64,000 nucleotides of DNA from contig CBDBLV010000005.1 in assembly GCA_965207225.1 (NCBI GenBank), forward strand, positions 1,792,001 to 1,856,000, given 5' to 3'. Source of the DNA: Dehalococcoidia bacterium (GTDB lineage Bacteria > Chloroflexota > Dehalococcoidia > Plut-88900). The notes below the pieces were generated by a model, which was not told the origin of the DNA, did no database searches, and saw only the letters and a list, made by a program, of their open reading frames with translations. Positions within the stretch are counted from its first letter, which is position 1. The number at the start of each line of letters is the position of its first letter. A program made the position numbers and the translations under genes. Shown here piece after piece: positions 18,618 through 28,771 of this stretch.

Positions 18618-19835
18618 ATGTCCAAATTGCTGGAAGGCATAAGAGTCTTGGAGCTTGGTAGTTTTGTTGCCGTACCCGCTGCCGGCACAATTCTTGCGGA
18701 TCTCGGAGCCGAGGTGGTGAAGGTGGAGCACCCCGTCACCGGTGACCCGGGCCGAGGTTTCGATGTCAACGCCAAGGGGGTCATCACCCACGAGGGTGGG
18801 CTGAACATATCCTTTGAGCTCCTTAACAGGGGCAAGAAGAGCATCGCCGTGGACCTGGCAAGCCCGTCAGGGCAGGGGATCATCCATCGGTTGGCCTCGC
18901 ACTTCGACGTGGTGGTCACAAACCTGACTCCTCATCGACAGGAGCGTTACAGGGTCCGTTACGAAGACCTGTCTGCTGTCAACGAAGGGCTGATATACGT
19001 GGTGCTTACAGGGTACGGAATGGAGGGCCCCGAGAAGAATCGCTCAGGGTTTGATTATGCAGCCTTTTGGGCGAGGTCGGGACTGATGGGCATGTTGGGC
19101 CAGGTGGGGAGCCCTCCCGTGCAGGAACGGCCCGCAATGGGCGATCTGACTACTGCTCTTGGCCTGACCACAGCAGTTGGGATGGCGTTGTTCGAACGGA
19201 CTCGGTCCGGCAAAGGTCAACTTATCGAAACGTCACTGTTGCACACGGGAATGTGGGTGATGGGCCCTGATCTGATCGTTGCGCTCAAGGACAGGGAACC
19301 GGTACGCCGCAACCTCCGAACGGACGTCATCAACCCGATTTTCAACTTTTACGAGGCAAAGGACGGGAAGTGGTTGCAACTGGTTATGGTCCACGGAGAC
19401 AAGTACTGGCCCAGCTTTTGCCGCGCCCTTGAATTAGAGGAACTCATCAACGACCCGAGGTTCGACTCCCTACAAAAGCGATCTGAGAACAACGTTGAAC
19501 TTATCAAGCTGCTTGACGATATATTCGCCAAGAAAACCCGCGATGAATGGGCGGAACGCCTGGAAGCCGAGGACTGCATGTGGGGCCCGATCCAGACCCT
19601 GGATGAAGTAATCGCCGACCCCCAGGCCGCGGCCAACGGCTATTTCCTGAATTTGATGCACCCGTCGGAAGGGGAGTTTACCTTGGTCTCGCCACCAGTG
19701 AAGTTCTCACGGACGCCCGGAGAAACACCAGACGTAGCCCCCGAGTTTGGGCAGCACACCGAAGAGCAGCTACTCTCAGTCGGCTATAGTTGGGATGATA
19801 TAGACAGGCTGCGAGATGAGGGTGCCATAGTCTAG
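18618..19835 (+). CDS. CaiB/BaiF family III CoA transferase
   Basis: LEGIRVLEL, LADLGAEVVKVE..GD, NRGKKS, GFD, AP.FGQHT; GTG at 18612 is an alternative start. Confidence 0.93.
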   Translation: MSKLLEGIRVLELGSFVAVPAAGTILADLGAEVVKVEHPVTGDPGRGFDVNAKGVITHEGGLNISFELLNRGKKSIAVDLASPSGQGIIHRLASHFDVVVTNLTPHRQERYRVRYEDLSAVNEGLIYVVLTGYGMEGPEKNRSGFDYAAFWARSGLMGMLGQVGSPPVQERPAMGDLTTALGLTTAVGMALFERTRSGKGQLIETSLLHTGMWVMGPDLIVALKDREPVRRNLRTDVINPIFNFYEAKDGKWLQLVMVHGDKYWPSFCRALELEELINDPRFDSLQKRSENNVELIKLLDDIFAKKTRDEWAERLEAEDCMWGPIQTLDEVIADPQAAANGYFLNLMHPSEGEFTLVSPPVKFSRTPGETPDVAPEFGQHTEEQLLSVGYSWDDIDRLRDEGAIV

Positions 19836-19847
19836 CTGAGCAATGAG

Positions 19848-19882
19848 AAAGGGGAGGGCCTCGGAGTGACCCTCCCCTTTTT
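19848..19882. terminator. Putative bidirectional intrinsic terminator
   Basis: AAAGGGGAGGG...CCCTCCCCTTTTT between convergent genes. Confidence 0.75.
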
Positions 19883-19909
19883 GCTCATTTCCGGGTTTGC
19901 CCTGTCGCT

Positions 19910-22189
19910 TTAGCCGCCGTTCTTGTTCTTCAGCGCTTCAGTGACTGCACCCGGGTTCATGGGGGTGGAGGTGAGGCGCACGCCGACTGCCTTGTGAATG
20001 GCGTTGGCAATCACCGCAATTGGCGGAACGATGCTGGCTTCACCAACACCTCTAACTCCGTATGGGTGGCCGGGGTTCGGGCACTCCACGATTACCGTGT
20101 CGATCATCGGGAGGTCCAGGGAGGTGGGCATACGGTAGTCCAGGAAGCTGCTGTTGGTGAAATCTCCGTCGCTGTAGTAATACTCTTCGTTCAGAGACCA
20201 CCCGATTCCCTGGACGGCGCCACCCTGCATCTGCCCTTCCACGTAGCTGGGGTGAACGGCCTTTCCGGCATCCTGGAAGGCGGTGTAGCGAAGCAGTTCC
20301 ACTTTTCCGGTCTCGGGGTCAACCTCCACGTCGGCGATGGCGCCGGCGTAGGAGCCGCCGATTCCCGAGGGATTTACGGAGGCGCTGCCCACAACAGGGC
20401 CGCCCACCTCTCGGGCCCGACCAGCCAGCTCCTTGAAGGTCATCTTTAGCTCGGAATCGGACTTGGAGCTGATTACGCCCTTCTCGTACTGAATGTCGCT
20501 TTCTTCAACTTCCCAGAGTTGGGCAGCCCGCCCGATCATTTGCGTCTTGACATCCTCTGCAGCGCCACAGGCTGCGAGACCCGTGGCGAATGTGGTGCGG
20601 CTGCCGTCCGACTGAGCGGTGAATCCGATGGAGTCCGTGTCGACCACCGCGGGATTTACGTCTTCGGCGCGGATGCCGAGGACTTCGGCGGCCTGCATTG
20701 CGATGGATGCCCTGGTCCCGCCAATGTCTGCGGAGCCCTCCAGGAGGTTGATGGTCCCGTCATCGTTGACGCTGATGGTGCAGGCAGAGGGCTCGCCGAT
20801 GTTGAACCAGAAACCGAGCCCCACGCCCCGACCACGATTCGCGCCCTCCAGCGGGGCGCTGTAGTGGGGGTGGCTCTTTATCGCTTCCATGATTTCCATG
20901 GACCCGATTCTCGGGTTGATGGGGCCGTCGATTCGGCGGGTGCCTTCCTTGGCTGCGTTGGCCAGGCGGAGTTCTACAGGCTCCATGCCCAGTTTCTCGG
21001 CTAGCTGGTCGACCAGCTGCTCGCTGGCGAAGGTGGCGTTGGGAGCTCCCGGGGCCCGGTATGCCGCGGACTTCGGCTTGTTAACTACTACGTCGTAGCC
21101 TTCCGACATCTGATTGGGGATGTCGTAGGCGGCGAATATGCACATGGTGCCGCAGATGACCAGAGCGCCGGGATATGCGCCGGCATCGTAGGCCAGGTAG
21201 GACTCGCAGGCGACCATTTTGCCGTCTCTTGTGGCTCCCAGCCTCGCCTTTACGTAGGAGGCGCAGGTCGGGCCGGTGGCCTCGAAGACTTCTCGTCGGG
21301 ACATGACGATTTTGACGGGATGGCCAGACTTCTTGGAAAGGAGGGCAGCGACCGGCTCTATGTAGATCTCGGTCTTGCCGCCGAACCCCCCGCCGATCTC
21401 CTGGGTGATTACTTTGACCTGGGAAACGGGAATGCCGAGGATATCGGCGGTGCGGTCCCTTACGAGGAACCCGCCCTGGGTGCTGCAATAGACGATGACT
21501 CGGCCGTCCTCATTCCAGAGCACGGTGCAGGGGTGGGGCTCGATGTAGCCTTGGTGGACTGTCGGGCAGGTAAATTCGCCTTCGACAATCACGTCGGCCT
21601 CTGCGAAGCCCTTTTCAATGTCGCCCTGCTCCAACTTGTAGTAACTGGCGATATTGCCCGGCTTGTCGGCCTTAGTTCCGCCTATGTCGGCGTACATATC
21701 GTCGTGAAGGAGAGGGGCGCTGTCTTTCATTGCATCGCGTGCGTTGAATACGCCGGGGAGGACTTCATAGTCGACTTCAATGAGTTCGGCGGCGTCTTCG
21801 GCGATGTGGGCGCTGGTGGCGGCCACGGCGGCAATGGCGTGGCCCTGGTATAAGGCCTTATCGCCGGCCAGGATGTTGTTCCGTCGCCACCTGAGGCCCT
21901 GGTCGTCACCTGGATCGGGGAGATCCGCGCCGGTGATTACGGCCTTTACGCCTTCCAAAGCTTCTGCCTTGCTGGTATCGATAGACTTGATTCGGGCGTG
22001 AGCATGTGGACTGCGCAAGATTTTCCCATGCAGGGGTACGGTCTTGGGGAAGTCGGCGCCGTAGTTCGCCCGACCCGTTACCTTGTCGGCACCGTCGTGG
22101 CGGATAGGCCTGGACCCGACTACGTCGTAGTGGGTATTCGCCAGTACAACATTCGGCTCATAGTCCTGCTTGGATTTGGTGGTGGTCAT
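19910..22189 (-). CDS. Xanthine dehydrogenase family molybdopterin-binding subunit
   Basis: KVTG.A.Y, RSPHAHA, IGGGFGGK, AYRAPG, VEGQMQGG, GVRGVGE. Confidence 0.93.
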   Translation of the reverse strand: MTTTKSKQDYEPNVVLANTHYDVVGSRPIRHDGADKVTGRANYGADFPKTVPLHGKILRSPHAHARIKSIDTSKAEALEGVKAVITGADLPDPGDDQGLRWRRNNILAGDKALYQGHAIAAVAATSAHIAEDAAELIEVDYEVLPGVFNARDAMKDSAPLLHDDMYADIGGTKADKPGNIASYYKLEQGDIEKGFAEADVIVEGEFTCPTVHQGYIEPHPCTVLWNEDGRVIVYCSTQGGFLVRDRTADILGIPVSQVKVITQEIGGGFGGKTEIYIEPVAALLSKKSGHPVKIVMSRREVFEATGPTCASYVKARLGATRDGKMVACESYLAYDAGAYPGALVICGTMCIFAAYDIPNQMSEGYDVVVNKPKSAAYRAPGAPNATFASEQLVDQLAEKLGMEPVELRLANAAKEGTRRIDGPINPRIGSMEIMEAIKSHPHYSAPLEGANRGRGVGLGFWFNIGEPSACTISVNDDGTINLLEGSADIGGTRASIAMQAAEVLGIRAEDVNPAVVDTDSIGFTAQSDGSRTTFATGLAACGAAEDVKTQMIGRAAQLWEVEESDIQYEKGVISSKSDSELKMTFKELAGRAREVGGPVVGSASVNPSGIGGSYAGAIADVEVDPETGKVELLRYTAFQDAGKAVHPSYVEGQMQGGAVQGIGWSLNEEYYYSDGDFTNSSFLDYRMPTSLDLPMIDTVIVECPNPGHPYGVRGVGEASIVPPIAVIANAIHKAVGVRLTSTPMNPGAVTEALKNKNGG

Positions 22190-22215
22190 GTTGCCAGCTC
22201 CTTATTGGATTGCTA

Positions 22216-23904
22216 TCAGGATACCATGTCACGGCTGCGCAGTAGTTGGCCCGGAAGGGCGCCTGTGCAGTCGTTTCCTTCGAATGTTACTACACCGTTA
22301 ACCAGTGTGTATCGTAAACCGGTGGGTTTCTGGATGATGCGGCGTTCACCGCCGGGGAAATCGTGGGAGTGGACCATCTTGTCGTAGTGGAAACCGAGCT
22401 CATCCAGGTTGTAGACCATGATGTCGGCCCAGTCCCCGACCCTTAACGTGCCCCGGTCCTTGAAGTCTGCGAACCAGCCGGGGAGAGCGCTCATCTTGTA
22501 GTGGCCCTGCTCCAGGCTCATGATCTGCTTGTCCCTGATCCAGTAGGTCAGAAATTCCACCGGCCATGTACTGGTCGTCAGGTACCGGGTGTGGGCGCCG
22601 CCGTCGGAGACGGAAACGTGGCCGTAGGGGCTGAGGATGTTTTCGTCAAGAGGCCGGGGGTCGACGGGGTGAGAGAAGACGGTTTCCAGGCCCTCGTCCA
22701 AGGCCAGGTCAAGGAATGCGTCGACGGGATGCTTGCCTTCGGCTGCCGCTATTTCGGCGATGGTGCTGCCGTCATATTTGTAATTTCGCTCGTGGACCGT
22801 CTCCAGGACCGTTACGCGAGTCCAGTCGGTGCGCAGGAGGTTCTGCTCGTCGGCGCCTTTCTTCATGGCTGTGCGGATGTCCGGGTCTTTGAGTTTAAGG
22901 GTGCGCTCTTCGATTGATCCGACGAGGGGATCTACCCAGCTGGGTATGGAGTCGAAGAGGTTGTACTCGGAAAGCTGGAATTCGGCGTTGATCTCCATCA
23001 CCAGTTCCTGGGTGAAGAGAGGCAGACCCTCGGCGCGAGACCTATGCACCCATTCATCCCTGGCGGATTCCTGTTCCAAAAGAACGTGGAGGGGCCGGCC
23101 ACTTACGCGCATCAGCTGTGTGAGAAGTTCCCGCTGCTTTTGAGGGCTCTTCTCGGGAGGGAGGCCGCCGGAATTGGCGATTGTCCAGCCGATGTGGCCG
23201 ACAGCAAACTCGCTGAGCACCTCGGAGAGGGCGATGTATTCCTCATTGGAGGCCACGTGACTCGGGAGCCAGGAGCCGTCTTCGGGTCGGTCGCCGGTGT
23301 TCATGTCGGTTGAGAAGCCGAAGGCGCCTGCTTGCATCGCCTCGTGGAAGATACGTTTCATCTCGTTGAGCTCAGCATCGGTAACGGAGGTGCGCTCCCG
23401 AGACTCGAGCATACCCAACACGTAACCCCTCAAAGGCGAGAAGGGGAACACGGAGCCGACGTTGACCCCCAGACCCTGGCTGTCGAGGCTGTCGAGGTAC
23501 TCGGGGAAGGTCTCCCAGTCCCACCGCATTCCCATCCGCATGGACTCAAGCGGGATGGCCTCGATGCGGTTCATCATCCGCATGTTCAGTTCCCGGTCCT
23601 CAGGCCTAGTGGGCGCGAAACCGAACCCGCACTGGCCTATGGTCAGGGAGGTCACACCGAACCATCCTGAAAGGGAGCAGTAGGGGTCCCAGTTGAGCTG
23701 GGCGTCGTAGTGGGTATGGAGATCAATAGCGCCGGGCGCTACTATGCAACCTGTAGCATCGATTTCCTGGGCGCCTCCTGCGAGGATGCGGCCACTGATG
23801 CGAGCCACCCGGCCGTCCTTGATAGCGAGGTCTCCGCGGTACCGGGGGATGCCGGTGCCGTCCACAATGGTCCCGCCTCTGATTACGACGTCAAATTCTT
23901 TCAA
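22216..23904 (-). CDS. N-acyl-D-amino-acid deacylase-like amidohydrolase
   Basis: GGTIVDGTG, PGAIDLHTHYD, GQCG, SDGGAH; probable TTG start 23904 with GGAGG RBS. Confidence 0.88.
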   Translation of the reverse strand: MKEFDVVIRGGTIVDGTGIPRYRGDLAIKDGRVARISGRILAGGAQEIDATGCIVAPGAIDLHTHYDAQLNWDPYCSLSGWFGVTSLTIGQCGFGFAPTRPEDRELNMRMMNRIEAIPLESMRMGMRWDWETFPEYLDSLDSQGLGVNVGSVFPFSPLRGYVLGMLESRERTSVTDAELNEMKRIFHEAMQAGAFGFSTDMNTGDRPEDGSWLPSHVASNEEYIALSEVLSEFAVGHIGWTIANSGGLPPEKSPQKQRELLTQLMRVSGRPLHVLLEQESARDEWVHRSRAEGLPLFTQELVMEINAEFQLSEYNLFDSIPSWVDPLVGSIEERTLKLKDPDIRTAMKKGADEQNLLRTDWTRVTVLETVHERNYKYDGSTIAEIAAAEGKHPVDAFLDLALDEGLETVFSHPVDPRPLDENILSPYGHVSVSDGGAHTRYLTTSTWPVEFLTYWIRDKQIMSLEQGHYKMSALPGWFADFKDRGTLRVGDWADIMVYNLDELGFHYDKMVHSHDFPGGERRIIQKPTGLRYTLVNGVVTFEGNDCTGALPGQLLRSRDMVS

Positions 23905-24563
23905 GGCGATGCCTCCGATGATCGTACTTCGGTGTGGCCGGGGGTTCAGGGGCATTATACAGGCCGATGGGGCTTAGTACACCTGATTGTGTGCGTTCGG
24001 TGGAGAAGAGGTACAGTGGCTTCGCATTCAGTTGTGGGGTTTTCATTTTCGTTCTGTCTGTTTTGGAGGGGTGGGCGATGGAAGGCCCGGTATTCAGTTT
24101 CAGGGGGCGGGAGGCCAGCCTGGTTCAGCCCCGTGTTCCTGTGTCACATGGCAGACAAGCGAGGAGACCTCGCCTGAGGGCGTCTCTACCACCAGTTTCT
24201 CAGTTTTCCTGACCCACTCGGAGGGGTGGGGAGGTGTTTTCTCGCTGCCGTCGCTGGGTTAAAGGGAATCTCCGAGGGGAACGACGGGGGAGATTTTCCA
24301 AGGGCCATAAGGCCCGAGTTTTTTCGGCAGGGCTCCTATATGAGGGGCGTGCCGCTTAATGTTGTGGACCTTCCATCGCCTGGATGGATGGGGAGGGAGG
24401 TACGTGACCCGTGGTGAGGGGGTGACGCTCTTGGCTTGGGCCTCGGGCCTGCGCGAGGGCCTTTGGGATGGGCCGGGGCGTTGAGTCCTCGGGTGGGGTC
24501 CCGGGGGCTTCCCTGGATTTTTGGATCCTCCTTACGGTTGGTATCGGGTCTAGACTTAGAACA

Positions 24564-24592
24564 AATATAAAGCTCAAATGTTTACATGTCAA
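24564..24592 (-). promoter_or_regulatory. Putative sigma70 promoter
   Basis: Minus strand TTGACA-N17-TATATT; upstream context homologous to the 12.35 kb promoter. Confidence 0.6.
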
Positions 24593-24634
24593 GGGGCAAT
24601 GTCACATTTGGGGGATATCCCCCCGGCCCTCCAA

Positions 24635-24752
24635 GGGAACCCTCACCCCCTTGGTCCCCCTCTCCCTTAGGGCCTTTAAGGGAGAGGGGGAAAGAAGAAC
24701 AGAGGCCCACGTGGGTGCATCGCACCCACGTGGGCCTCTAGTTCAGTACTGA
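24635..24752 (-). repeat. ~118-bp double-hairpin element, copy C
   Basis: Reverse complement matches 13825-13942; perfect AGAGGCCCACGTGGGTGC/GCACCCACGTGGGCCTCT stem. Confidence 0.9.
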
Positions 24753-24770
24753 GGAGACAGAACCCCGCCC

Positions 24771-24880
24771 CAGATTCCTCGCGGGGCATCGGAATGACAG
24801 GGGAGGGAAGGGGGTGTGTGGCAAAGGATAGGGTGAGTTTAGGGAGGGGCGCGGCAGATTCCTTGCGGGGCATCGGAATG
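24771..24880 (-). repeat. Two REP-like copies CAGATTCCT(C/T)GCGGGGCATCGGAATG
   Basis: Near-identical 26-mers at 24771 and 24855 with an ATTCC/GGAAT stem. Confidence 0.8.
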
Positions 24881-24913
24881 GGAAGAGAGGGGCTCTGGAT
24901 TTTGGGGGAGGAC

Positions 24914-25654
24914 TCAGGCAGACAGGGGGACGGGCCCCGACAATAGCCTACCGAAACCCTCTATGGGCGCAGTCAAACCAAGCTTGCCGAAAATGGCCCA
25001 GATGTTGGCCTGGTTTGACGTTGTCGCCGGTTTGCCGGTCATCTGTTCCAGCCTGTCGACGATCTCCAGGGCGCGCCACGCGGTACAGGAGCAGAAGGTG
25101 CCGTCGGCCTCGGGGTGGAGGGCCTGTACCGAGAAGTCGAGGATGTCCTCCGGTTCGCGGTCGTCGATCATCCGGCCATCGGCTTCACGGGTCCAGTCGT
25201 CGGCTTCCAGGTTCAGAACCTCGAACCCCGACTTCTCCATGTAGTCCCGCAGCCTGTCATTGTTCCATTTTGGATAGGGCGTTGTAATCGACAGCTTCCT
25301 GATGCCAAGTGAGCGCAGGGCCATGGCCACGGAATGCGTTGTCACCGCCGCCGGAAGCCCCGACTCGTCCTCGATCATGCGAATCAGTTCTTGATCCCAG
25401 CCCGGGCCCCGGTAGAAGCTGGAAGTCGTCCCCCCGTAGGCGATGGCGTCCATCCGGGCAGTTGTCAGATACCGGACAGCATTCAGGACTTCCGAGTTCA
25501 TGCGGTCCATGTCGTTCTTGCCGAGACCGTTTTCAGGCAGCCACATGCGGTGGCTGTGGAGGGTGACGTTTGGCGGCGCGGTCATGTAGAAGTCCGGTTC
25601 GTATGTGGCGTCGGAGGACGGGACTATGAGGCCGATTCTTATGCGTGGTGGCAT
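24914..25654 (-). CDS. Maleate isomerase / arylmalonate decarboxylase (Asp/Glu racemase) superfamily
   Basis: RIGLIVPSS, AYGGTT, TPY, FCSCT, TSNQA. Confidence 0.88.
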   Translation of the reverse strand: MPPRIRIGLIVPSSDATYEPDFYMTAPPNVTLHSHRMWLPENGLGKNDMDRMNSEVLNAVRYLTTARMDAIAYGGTTSSFYRGPGWDQELIRMIEDESGLPAAVTTHSVAMALRSLGIRKLSITTPYPKWNNDRLRDYMEKSGFEVLNLEADDWTREADGRMIDDREPEDILDFSVQALHPEADGTFCSCTAWRALEIVDRLEQMTGKPATTSNQANIWAIFGKLGLTAPIEGFGRLLSGPVPLSA

Positions 25655-25910
25655 CGATGTCCTCTTCGGGCTCGTTTGAAGTATGTGACTCCGGGATTCG
25701 GTGTTCCCCGGTGCAAAATAACCAACCGGAATGGGACTTGGTCAAAAGCCTGCTAAGTGAGGCACTGGGTAACTGTACAGTCCAGAAATCAACATGTCTA
25801 ATGAGACTAGCAGGCGGGGCAAGCAAGCCTTCGGCCTCAATCATCACCTTTGGATGTTAATATAATCATAAGACTGACTGTGGAGTCGCAGTGACGGTCG
25901 AGGCTGTGCC

Positions 25911-26138
25911 ATGCAGAGGACTATAAGGGCAAAGTTTAAAGACGGACACATCGTACCGATGGAACCCCTGGACGTACCGGAGGGGGAAGACCTGCTTGTA
26001 ACCTTTGAGGATTCAGCAGCTGATGGTGTCGAAGCGGAGGATGCGGCCCTGGCTCGGGCTATCGACGAGGGACTGAAGAGCAAGGTCGTCGACAGGGCCC
26101 AAGTAGTCCGAGTCCTGCAAGGACAGGATGGAACTTGA
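25911..26138 (+). CDS. AF2212/DUF104-like antitoxin
   Basis: TIRAKFKDG.IVP.EPLD.PEG..L.VT; overlaps a RelE-like start. Confidence 0.75.
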   Translation: MQRTIRAKFKDGHIVPMEPLDVPEGEDLLVTFEDSAADGVEAEDAALARAIDEGLKSKVVDRAQVVRVLQGQDGT

Positions 26139-26256
26139 GTTCCGGGCCAGCTTCATCCGAGACCTGAAGCGGGTGCGAGACCACACCGTCCTTGAAAGAA
26201 CCAGCGCTTTAATCGAGGAACTCGAAGCCGCAGAGTCTCTGAAGATGCAGGCTTAA
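26128..26256 (+). pseudogene. Truncated RelE/ParE toxin (N-terminal 42 aa)
   Basis: MELEFRASFIRDLKRVRD...IEELEAA; C-terminal half (R.R.GDYR motif) absent. Confidence 0.7.
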
Positions 26257-26275
26257 AGGGTAGCTGGCACGCCGC

Positions 26276-27307
26276 CTACACCCCCGACGGCAGCCTGTAG
26301 ACCTTCGCAGCCGTGTCGTGGAAGAGGGCCTGCCTTTCTGTCGGGGAGTAGTCTTTCGACAGGCGCTTGAAGGCGTTGAAGACTACGTTGTAAGAGAAGG
26401 ACCACTTGTCGACGGGGAAGTTGCTTTCAAACATGCAACGCTCGGGGCCGAACTTTTCGATACAGTAGTGGAAGAAGGGGGCCATTTCCCGGGCAGCCTC
26501 TTCCGATCCAACCGGTATTTCCCGCGTGTGCCAGTCGAAGCCGTTGTTGATCATGCCCATGCCACCGAGCTTCATGTAGACGTTGGGACATTCAGCCACG
26601 GCTGCGATATCCCGTTTCCACGCCGACACAACCTCATCTGACCGGGCACCGTAAGGCCCGATCCGCATGAGGCCTCCGATGTGGTCGGATATTATGGTGA
26701 GGTCGGGGACGGCCCGGGCAAGGGATGCGAGCTCCGGCATCTGGCCGGAATACATCCAGGACTCCATGGTGAGGCCGCGCCTGGCTAGCACCCGGGCCCC
26801 GGCCCTGTAGGTGTCGCTCAACATCTGGTGGGGAATCTTGTAGAGGGCTGCGTTGGGGACGCTGGGGTCGTCGTCCCAAGTCACCGAGTGGCGGATACCC
26901 CGAAACCTGTTTGGGCTGGCCGCTTCCAGCCTGTCCAGCACCCGATTTACATCGTCTCCCAGGTTCAGGTTGGCGTGCCCGACAATGCCGTCGGCCATCC
27001 GGCACGGCCCATAAAGCCCGCTGGCGCTGGCTGCGGCGAGCCCCTGGGCAAACTCCACTTCGCCTACTGGCCGCAACTCCTCCGGGGCGTCGGTGCGGTA
27101 CATGGCCCGGGCCTCGACGAAGACCGTGGCGACTATGTTGTGCCCCGAGCTTACGTCTTCGAGCAGGTCGGGGAGGAGATAGCGCTGGTAGGGCATCCTC
27201 TCCATCTTGAAGTCCCAGAAATGGTGGTGGGGATCGATGATGGGGAGGTCGGGTTCCAGGGTCGGTTCCTGGGTCAGGGCGAGCCAGTCGTTGCCACCGT
27301 AAGGCAT
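26276..27307 (-). CDS. Amidohydrolase_2 family (lactonase-like)
   Basis: IIDPHHH, RFRGIRH, DHIGG, KLGG, MFESNFPVD. Confidence 0.9.
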   Translation of the reverse strand: MPYGGNDWLALTQEPTLEPDLPIIDPHHHFWDFKMERMPYQRYLLPDLLEDVSSGHNIVATVFVEARAMYRTDAPEELRPVGEVEFAQGLAAASASGLYGPCRMADGIVGHANLNLGDDVNRVLDRLEAASPNRFRGIRHSVTWDDDPSVPNAALYKIPHQMLSDTYRAGARVLARRGLTMESWMYSGQMPELASLARAVPDLTIISDHIGGLMRIGPYGARSDEVVSAWKRDIAAVAECPNVYMKLGGMGMINNGFDWHTREIPVGSEEAAREMAPFFHYCIEKFGPERCMFESNFPVDKWSFSYNVVFNAFKRLSKDYSPTERQALFHDTAAKVYRLPSGV

Positions 27308-27367
27308 GGGAATCCTCCGGGAAGGGGTAGTTGGAAGCCATGATACCAGACCGCCGTCGGCGTGCAG

Positions 27368-28615
27368 TCAGGTTTCTCGGGATTCCCTGACGAGGAGGAC
27401 GATCGGGGCGAGGAGGGCGGCTACGGCGGCGGTCATCAGGAAGCCGGGCCCGAGGGACATATAGGAGTCCCGGAGCTCTCCCATGACATAGGGGCCGAAA
27501 AAGCCTCCAACCTCGGCGGATGCGAAGAACAGACCCGCGGCCACCCCCATTTTGGCGGCGCCTACTCCCGGTGTTTCCATCAAGAGCAGTGAACACATGG
27601 GAAGCATGGGCTGGGCTGCAAAGGTGAGGGCCATCAGAGAGGCCACGGCGCCCGGGCCGGGGAGGAGTACCATGGCGGTGGCGGCGATGGCGCAAATCAC
27701 CAACTGCAGGCTTGTGATGCGGACTCGGGCGCCCCTTTTGACGAAGCCGGGTATTGCGATCAGGCCGATGAGGCCGATCGCGGTCGCAAGGGCAGCCCAC
27801 AGCCCCCCTTCATCCAAGGTCATACCCTTTTCTTCCAGGATGGCCGGAGCCCAGCTGGAGTTGCCAACGTGGACGACGAAGGTTCCCATGGCGAGGACGA
27901 GGATGACCTTCACGTTCCAAAGGCGGAGCATGCCCGTTATCTCGCTCCAGGCAAGGGAGCGGGTGGCGACGGGGGCGTTGGAAGGTCGGGTGTCGGGTTC
28001 CCGGGCGAAGATGATCCAGGCCAGGGCGATTACAGCAACCAGGATGCCGTAGACGAGGGAGATGCCGCGCCAGGAGCCGGTGAGGGGCTCGACGACGGTG
28101 TTGGCGGTGGCGAAGGCGAGGCTTATACCCGACGCCGGGCCGGTGGAATAGATGCCGGTTGCTATGCCGCGCTCGCGGCCCTCGAACCAGACCGACACCA
28201 GCTTGGGGGAGCCGACGGAGACAAGGGGGCCGCCGAAACCGAACAGGCCAACGGTCAGGAAGAGTTGAATGAAGTTCTGGGAGAGGCCTCGGGTGATAAG
28301 GGAAGCCAGGATGAGAAGAACACCCAAACCGAGGGACTTGCGGAGGCCTAGTCTGTCGACCAGGACTCCCACGACAGGGGCGAAGAATATGTAGACGACA
28401 TGCCAACTGCCATGAACCAGCCCCATCTGGGCAGAGTTCATGTTCAGGTCTTCCTGTATGGGGGTGACAAGGGGAGAGATGGTACCGAATGTAAGTCCGA
28501 AAGTGAAATAGAGGGACCAACAGAGGCCGACCATGAGCCATCGGGCGCGGGGCTTGGGCATCGACGTGGGATATGAGGGTTGGGTCGCTGCTGGAGTGAT
28601 GGACGAGGCAGGCAT
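27368..28615 (-). CDS. MFS transporter (CynX-like)
   Basis: ~12 hydrophobic helices, G.LVDRLGLR motif A, WF..RERG.ATG. Confidence 0.88.
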   Translation of the reverse strand: MPASSITPAATQPSYPTSMPKPRARWLMVGLCWSLYFTFGLTFGTISPLVTPIQEDLNMNSAQMGLVHGSWHVVYIFFAPVVGVLVDRLGLRKSLGLGVLLILASLITRGLSQNFIQLFLTVGLFGFGGPLVSVGSPKLVSVWFEGRERGIATGIYSTGPASGISLAFATANTVVEPLTGSWRGISLVYGILVAVIALAWIIFAREPDTRPSNAPVATRSLAWSEITGMLRLWNVKVILVLAMGTFVVHVGNSSWAPAILEEKGMTLDEGGLWAALATAIGLIGLIAIPGFVKRGARVRITSLQLVICAIAATAMVLLPGPGAVASLMALTFAAQPMLPMCSLLLMETPGVGAAKMGVAAGLFFASAEVGGFFGPYVMGELRDSYMSLGPGFLMTAAVAALLAPIVLLVRESRET

Positions 28616-28771
28616 GGGAACAGGATAGTAGCAGGGGTGGCATCAGTAGTCCATGACGCCCGATCTGGTGTAACGGGTGTCAGGCGGATTCTGATATCAT
28701 CATTGCCGCCCGCTCGAAAACATGACGGTCAACGCGGCCAAGACGCTGGTCGTATCTCAGGAGGTTACATA

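Noticed and set aside
19910-22189. CO dehydrogenase CoxL
   Set aside because: Lacks the AYxCSFR motif; no cox cluster
24356-24592. 78-aa minus ORF starting at TTG
   Set aside because: The start codon is the -35 TTGACA of a promoter; no RBS
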